A DNA stretch of 64,000 bases. It comes from Candidatus Gottesmanbacteria bacterium. GTDB taxonomy: Bacteria; Patescibacteriota; Microgenomatia; UBA10105; UBA927. Positions 59,547 to 64,000 of the stretch are shown here, piece by piece. The stretch is from the NCBI GenBank assembly GCA_963714095.1, contig OY970230.1, positions 134,206-198,205 of the forward strand, written 5' to 3'. Both the position numbers and the translations under genes were made by a program. Numbering within the stretch: position 1 is the stretch's first letter; each line of letters starts with the position of its first letter. Under the pieces are notes generated by a model. The model had not been told where the DNA came from and did not search any database. It was given only the letters and a program-made list of their open reading frames with translations.

Positions 59547-60718
59547 CTCAGTAGTCTCAGTGCCTTTTTCACTGCCTCATGGTCACTCCAGGGATATTCA
59601 TTTTTACCCCGCGCTAAACTCTGCTCATGGCCCTTGCCGGTAATTATGACCACATCGCGGGGTTTCGCCAGTCGAAGGGCAAAATCAATCGCATTCTGGC
59701 GGTTGGAAAATCGGTAGACTTGAGGTCCCGGCTCGATTCCAGCAGCAATTTCATCCATAATCGTCTCCACATTCTCGGTCCGGTAGTCCTCTTCCGTAAG
59801 GATTATACTGTCCGCGTACGTCCCCGACGCTTTCCCCATCAGTGGCCGTTTGGTTCGGTCCCGCAGGCCGGCGCTGCCGAAGACATGAATAAGGCGTTTC
59901 TTGGCAAGTGCCCGCGCGGTTTTGAGCGCCCGGTCGATAGCGTTGGGCGTATGAGCAAAATCCACGATCACGGTAAACGGATCCGCGGCAACGATCTCCA
60001 TCCGGCCGACGACCCCGGAAAATGCCCCAACAGCTTCCCGCGCAACCTTTTTCGAAATTCCCAGTATATGAGCCACCGAAAGAGCAGCCAGGCAATTGTA
60101 CTGATTAAATTCACCGAGTAATCGGGTACTAAACGGATATGTTTGGGGGGTTATTTGAGCCTCACGGTGAATCCCGTAGGTTACAAGCGTTTTCCTGCGC
60201 AGTAGCGGGATTGCCCGATTATATAATTCCGCTTCATCACGGTTAATAACGGCAACATTCGCCCGGGTCAACAAAGAAAGTTTCGTTTTAACATAGTGCT
60301 CAAACGTCCTGTGCCAGTCCAGATGTTCATGTGTAACATTGGTGAGGACGCCGATGGCAAACCGAACGCCGAATACTCTGTGCTGTGCAAGACCGTGAGA
60401 GGTTACCTCCAAAACCATATGCGTATCGCCGTGTTTAACCGCGGCCCTCAGGTACTTTTGCACGGCAAACGGGCCGGGATTGGTCACGTGAAGACCTGTG
60501 TCATAGGTTTTACCGGCAATGACAGCATGGACGGTCGAAATCATTGATACTTTGAACCCCGCGGCTTTCAAAATCTCGTAAATAAGCGTGGCCGTGGTGG
60601 TCTTCCCGTCCGTTCCTGAGACGCCGATGACGGTGATCTCTCGGCTGGGGAAACCGTACCAGACATTTGCCGCTATTGCCAAAACCAGATGATAGAGCCC
60701 TTTGAGGCTTCGTAGCAT
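59543..60718 (-). CDS. murE: UDP-MurNAc-tripeptide synthetase, short form
   Basis: GTDGKTTT, EVTSH, EHLDWH, DFAHTP, GKGHE; start at ATG 60718, 7 nt after TGATATAAT. Confidence 0.9.
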   Translation of the reverse strand: MLRSLKGLYHLVLAIAANVWYGFPSREITVIGVSGTDGKTTTATLIYEILKAAGFKVSMISTVHAVIAGKTYDTGLHVTNPGPFAVQKYLRAAVKHGDTHMVLEVTSHGLAQHRVFGVRFAIGVLTNVTHEHLDWHRTFEHYVKTKLSLLTRANVAVINRDEAELYNRAIPLLRRKTLVTYGIHREAQITPQTYPFSTRLLGEFNQYNCLAALSVAHILGISKKVAREAVGAFSGVVGRMEIVAADPFTVIVDFAHTPNAIDRALKTARALAKKRLIHVFGSAGLRDRTKRPLMGKASGTYADSIILTEEDYRTENVETIMDEIAAGIEPGPQVYRFSNRQNAIDFALRLAKPRDVVIITGKGHEQSLARGKNEYPWSDHEAVKKALRLLR

Positions 60719-60734
60719 GATACTCATTATATCA

Positions 60735-62411
60735 CTATGGCGAGGCGGGGATGCTGTAGTAGGTAAACAAATCTTTCGCGATATTGAAAAAGAGCGGAGC
60801 CGCAGTTTCCGAGCCCCAGATGGATGAACTCGGCTCGGTTAAGGTAACGAGCATCACAAACTTCGGATTATCGGCAGGCGCAAAACCCACAAAGGATGCA
60901 ATCGTTTTTGTGGCGTCATAATGACCCGCTATAGGAATCTGTGCCGTGCCGGTTTTGCCGGCGATGCGGTACCCGGCGGGCGCGGCCCACTTTGCCTCAC
61001 CCAAATTGACTGCGGATATCATCATCTCCGTAAGCACGCTTGCCGTCGCGCTGCTGATAACCTGCCGGATTTTCTTCGGCGCGATGACAACTTTCTTCCC
61101 TGTATCATCAATGATTTCACGGACAACGTGCGGTTCCATAAGCCACCCTCCGTTGGCGATGGCTGCCACTGCGCGAACCATTTGGATCGGAGTGACGGCA
61201 ATTCCCTGGCCGAATGATGCAGTTGCAAGATCTATATCCTTCCAATCGCGATCAGCCCGCAGATCAGGAGAACTTTCATCCTGAAGGTCAATACCGGTCG
61301 GTTCTCCGATGTCATATGCATGGAGATATTTGAGCATGGTTGCTTTGCCCATTTTTTGTTCAATATGTACCATGCCGACGTTACTTGAATATTCCAACAC
61401 CTGTGTCGTTGTAATCTGCCCGTGATAGGAATCATTCCACGTATGAATCTCGTAGCCGGACACCGGCGCCGGCCCGCTTTCATCAACCTTGGTATCAGGG
61501 GTCACCAGTTTCTCCTGCAGCGCTCCGCTCATAATAAGGACTTTAAACGTACTTCCGGGCTCGTATGCTTGGGAAACTGCCGGGTTCGCATAAAGAGATT
61601 TATCATACGTGCTATACGCTCCAGGGTCGTAACTGGGAAAACTCGCCATCGCCAGAATTCCGCCGGTTTTGGGGTCCATAATCGTCACTGTACCGGCCTT
61701 GGCACCGTACGCCTGAATACCATCGGATAACCGTTTCTCAGCTATTTGCTGAACCGTCCGGTCGGTCCAAAGAATAAGAGACCGTCCGTCTTCAGGTTCA
61801 ATCCGTTTCGTATCCCCCACCAATATTGCAGATCCCTGCACGTCTTTTTCCAGCTGTATGCTGCCATCACGACCTCGAAGCTCCCGGTCATAATACCCCT
61901 CTAATCCGAAATACCCCTGATCATTGCCATTTTGATCCGATCCAACAAATCCCAAAAGTTGTGCCGCCATGGATGCTTCGGGGTAGTAGCGTTTGGCTTC
62001 ATCTTCAAATCCCAACCCTTTCAGATTTAACGCGCTCAATTGATCTTTCGTTTGCGCATCTACTTTATGCGCGATGGGCACCCACACGCGGTCGGGTATA
62101 TTCAATATGGCTGAAATAGACGCTTCATCCTGATGTAAAATCGGCGCCACGACTTTGGCAAATACATCGGCATTTTCTATTTCCTTCGGTTGTGCATAAA
62201 CCAATGACCCCGGCTGATTCATGGCCAAGGGGCTCCCATCTGTGGCCGCGATTGTTCCCCGCATGGCAGGAATGGTAAGTTCCAGATTATATTGCTGGTT
62301 TGCTTCAGCACTCAGCGCATCCCCTTGTATAATCTGCCAGTAAAATAGCCGTACGATAATCGCGAAAAAAAGAAGTATAATGATGCCAAACAATGTCCAA
62401 ATCCTCCACAT
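60735..62411 (-). CDS. ftsI: Class B penicillin-binding protein (FtsI/PBP3-like)
   Basis: EPGSTFK (SxxK), SSN, KTGTAQ. Confidence 0.92.
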   Translation of the reverse strand: MWRIWTLFGIIILLFFAIIVRLFYWQIIQGDALSAEANQQYNLELTIPAMRGTIAATDGSPLAMNQPGSLVYAQPKEIENADVFAKVVAPILHQDEASISAILNIPDRVWVPIAHKVDAQTKDQLSALNLKGLGFEDEAKRYYPEASMAAQLLGFVGSDQNGNDQGYFGLEGYYDRELRGRDGSIQLEKDVQGSAILVGDTKRIEPEDGRSLILWTDRTVQQIAEKRLSDGIQAYGAKAGTVTIMDPKTGGILAMASFPSYDPGAYSTYDKSLYANPAVSQAYEPGSTFKVLIMSGALQEKLVTPDTKVDESGPAPVSGYEIHTWNDSYHGQITTTQVLEYSSNVGMVHIEQKMGKATMLKYLHAYDIGEPTGIDLQDESSPDLRADRDWKDIDLATASFGQGIAVTPIQMVRAVAAIANGGWLMEPHVVREIIDDTGKKVVIAPKKIRQVISSATASVLTEMMISAVNLGEAKWAAPAGYRIAGKTGTAQIPIAGHYDATKTIASFVGFAPADNPKFVMLVTLTEPSSSIWGSETAAPLFFNIAKDLFTYYSIPASP

Positions 62412-62417
62412 AAGGGG

Positions 62418-62720
62418 TTATTGCGGGCGGTTCAAGGCAACGGGCAGGGACTCATTCCCTATCATAACAAATTGTTTCACCGAAGGCTCAACAAATCCCA
62501 TATCTTTCGCCTTTGCAGCAACCGTCATAAGAGATGAAGCGGAAGCAACTTGCTGGGCCAACTGTTCGTTTGCCGCGCGCAGCGAAACGATTTGCAAGTC
62601 AACGGAGCTTACTTCACGTCCCGAAACGACAAGCGTATTGGACCAGAGTATTTCAATAACCACGAGGATAATAACAATTCCCGGTATACTTTTAGCGAGC
62701 GTCCGTAATACGTTCATCAT
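62418..62720 (-). CDS. ftsL: FtsL-like bitopic coiled-coil protein
   Basis: TM plus coiled coil, AKDMGF; located between rsmH and ftsI. Confidence 0.65.
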   Translation of the reverse strand: MMNVLRTLAKSIPGIVIILVVIEILWSNTLVVSGREVSSVDLQIVSLRAANEQLAQQVASASSLMTVAAKAKDMGFVEPSVKQFVMIGNESLPVALNRPQ

Positions 62721-63511
62721 AGTTTTTCTGCTATTCGCAATTTTGCGCTATGCGCACGTTTATTTACCGTCACCTCTTCATCGATTGCGACTATCGGCTT
62801 TTTGGTTATCAATTTCCATGCATCGGTTCTTAAGAATCGTTTTACAATCCGATCTTCCAATGAATGAAAGCTGATAACCGCCAGTCTTCCTCCAGGCTTT
62901 AATAGAGTTTTTGCTCCATTCAATCCTTCCTTTAAGGCATTGAGTTCGTCATTGACGGCAATGCGTAACGCCTGAAAAACCCGGGACGCGCTTCGCGTAT
63001 CAACAAATTGTAAAAGATCTCCCGTTGTGACGACCGGGCTCACCCGACGGGCGCGGACAATAGCAGAAGCAATTGCCCGACTATGCTCTTCTTCACCAAA
63101 CGTTGCCAAAATTTCATAGAGTTCTTGTTCTGTAACTTTTTGTAACAATTCAGCTGCTCTCTGTCCTTCGCGTTGGTTCAACCGCAAATCTAATGGCGCG
63201 TCGCCGAATCTATAGCTAAATCCCCGCTGGGGTGTATCAAGCTGATGGCTTGAAACACCTAAATCAAACAAAATCCCATCTACGTCAGTAAAACCTTTCT
63301 CTTTCGCAATCTTTTCAATATCTCTAAAATTCCCCAGTACGTCTGCATGAGCATCCGGATCCGTATCTATCCCAAGTACCGCTCCTCCCATCGCACGAAT
63401 CGCTTGTGTATGCCCCCCTCCGCCGTAGGTCGCGTCGATAAAGCGCTTACCCGGAACCACCTGCAGGCCTTCAACGACCTCTTTAACCATTACCGGCGTG
63501 TGATACGGCAT
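62717..63511 (-). CDS. rsmH: 16S rRNA m4C1402 methyltransferase
   Basis: DATYGGGGH, DLGVSSHQLD, FHSLEDR; GGAGG RBS before ATG 63511. Confidence 0.96.
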   Translation of the reverse strand: MPYHTPVMVKEVVEGLQVVPGKRFIDATYGGGGHTQAIRAMGGAVLGIDTDPDAHADVLGNFRDIEKIAKEKGFTDVDGILFDLGVSSHQLDTPQRGFSYRFGDAPLDLRLNQREGQRAAELLQKVTEQELYEILATFGEEEHSRAIASAIVRARRVSPVVTTGDLLQFVDTRSASRVFQALRIAVNDELNALKEGLNGAKTLLKPGGRLAVISFHSLEDRIVKRFLRTDAWKLITKKPIVAIDEEVTVNKRAHSAKLRIAEKL

Positions 63512-63890
63512 AGTTCCTCCAGTTTTCCTTATCCCAAATCTCAAAATGGTCTCCGGCGCCTATGATGGCTACATTACGGGAAATCGAAGCATATTCCTTG
63601 AGCTGGGCAGGCAAAAGAATACGACCAAGCTTGTCTAATTCCTCTTTTTGCGCCCCACTAAAGAGATAGCGGCGCAAACTTCGTCCTTTTTCATCGGTCA
63701 CCGGCGTTTCAAGGTGCTTTCCCGCTTCTCGTTCCCAACTGGACAAGTCAAATCCAAATATGCATGTATCAAAACCTCTCGCAAGTACCAATTCCCGTTC
63801 GTTCCCTAACTCTTGCCTAATCTTTCTCGGGAGCGTTATACGGCCCCGATCGTCCAGTGCATGTTCGTATTCCCCAAGGAATAGTTTCAT
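63483..63890 (-). CDS. mraZ: Division/cell wall cluster repressor MraZ
   Basis: LDDRGRITLP and LDKLGRILLP repeats, FEIW. Confidence 0.96.
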   Translation of the reverse strand: MKLFLGEYEHALDDRGRITLPRKIRQELGNERELVLARGFDTCIFGFDLSSWEREAGKHLETPVTDEKGRSLRRYLFSGAQKEELDKLGRILLPAQLKEYASISRNVAIIGAGDHFEIWDKENWRNYAVSHAGNG

Positions 63891-63900
63891 TCCCTTAATC

Positions 63901-63953
63901 TACCATATCTTCCCATCTATATCCATAGTCACCCATTTTTCACGCTTTGTCAA
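63901..63953 (-). promoter_or_regulatory. dcw promoter with four MraZ-box repeats
   Basis: Minus strand TTGACA (63953-63948)-17 nt-GACTAT; ATGG repeated at exact 10-bp period (63936, 63926, 63916, 63906). Confidence 0.75.
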
Positions 63954-63981
63954 GAGGCATTTCACGGACTATAATCAGCGT

Positions 63982-64000
63982 ATGGACAAGAAAAAAACCA
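63982..64000 (+). CDS. Probable start of a divergent gene (MDKKKT...), truncated by window
   Basis: TATAAT at 63970-63975, ATG 6 nt later. Confidence 0.35.

Noticed and set aside
42124-62874. Many 60-230 aa plus-strand ORFs across the dcw cluster (also opposite ileS)
   Set aside because: Antisense shadows of well-supported genes, with no motifs.

Overview
Bacterial chromosomal segment using genetic code 11. Gene content and style suggest a Patescibacteria/CPR organism, probably Microgenomates-like (inference). Layout: (1) 1-9.8 kb surface-glycan cluster (GT4, GT-C/PMT-like, Wzx flippase). (2) 9.8-18.4 kb housekeeping block (tRNA-Val, lepB, parB, rpmA, Trm11-like MTase, rplU, rodA, ileS, LCP). 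(3) 18.35-41.4 kb accessory region. (4) 41.4-64 kb expanded dcw/peptidoglycan cluster from mraZ to ftsZ. Main finding: the accessory region is bounded and subdivided by direct-repeat copies of the last 30 bp of ftsZ. The copy at 26281-26310 matches 27/30, all three differences are synonymous, and it still reads IPAFLRQRS*. More decayed copies sit at about 20005 and 18348. This points to repeated site-specific integration into the FtsZ C-terminal-peptide codons, with no integrase visible in the window. The apparently newest 15-kb unit carries folE2-queD-queE and a divergent queC but no tgt/dpdA/queF. They are mixed with amino-sugar/aminocyclitol-type tailoring enzymes and possible resistance genes, making this a candidate glycosylated 7-deazapurine biosynthetic island. 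Also seen: many leaderless-type promoters and four MraZ boxes. All alignments were done by eye; no database searches were run.
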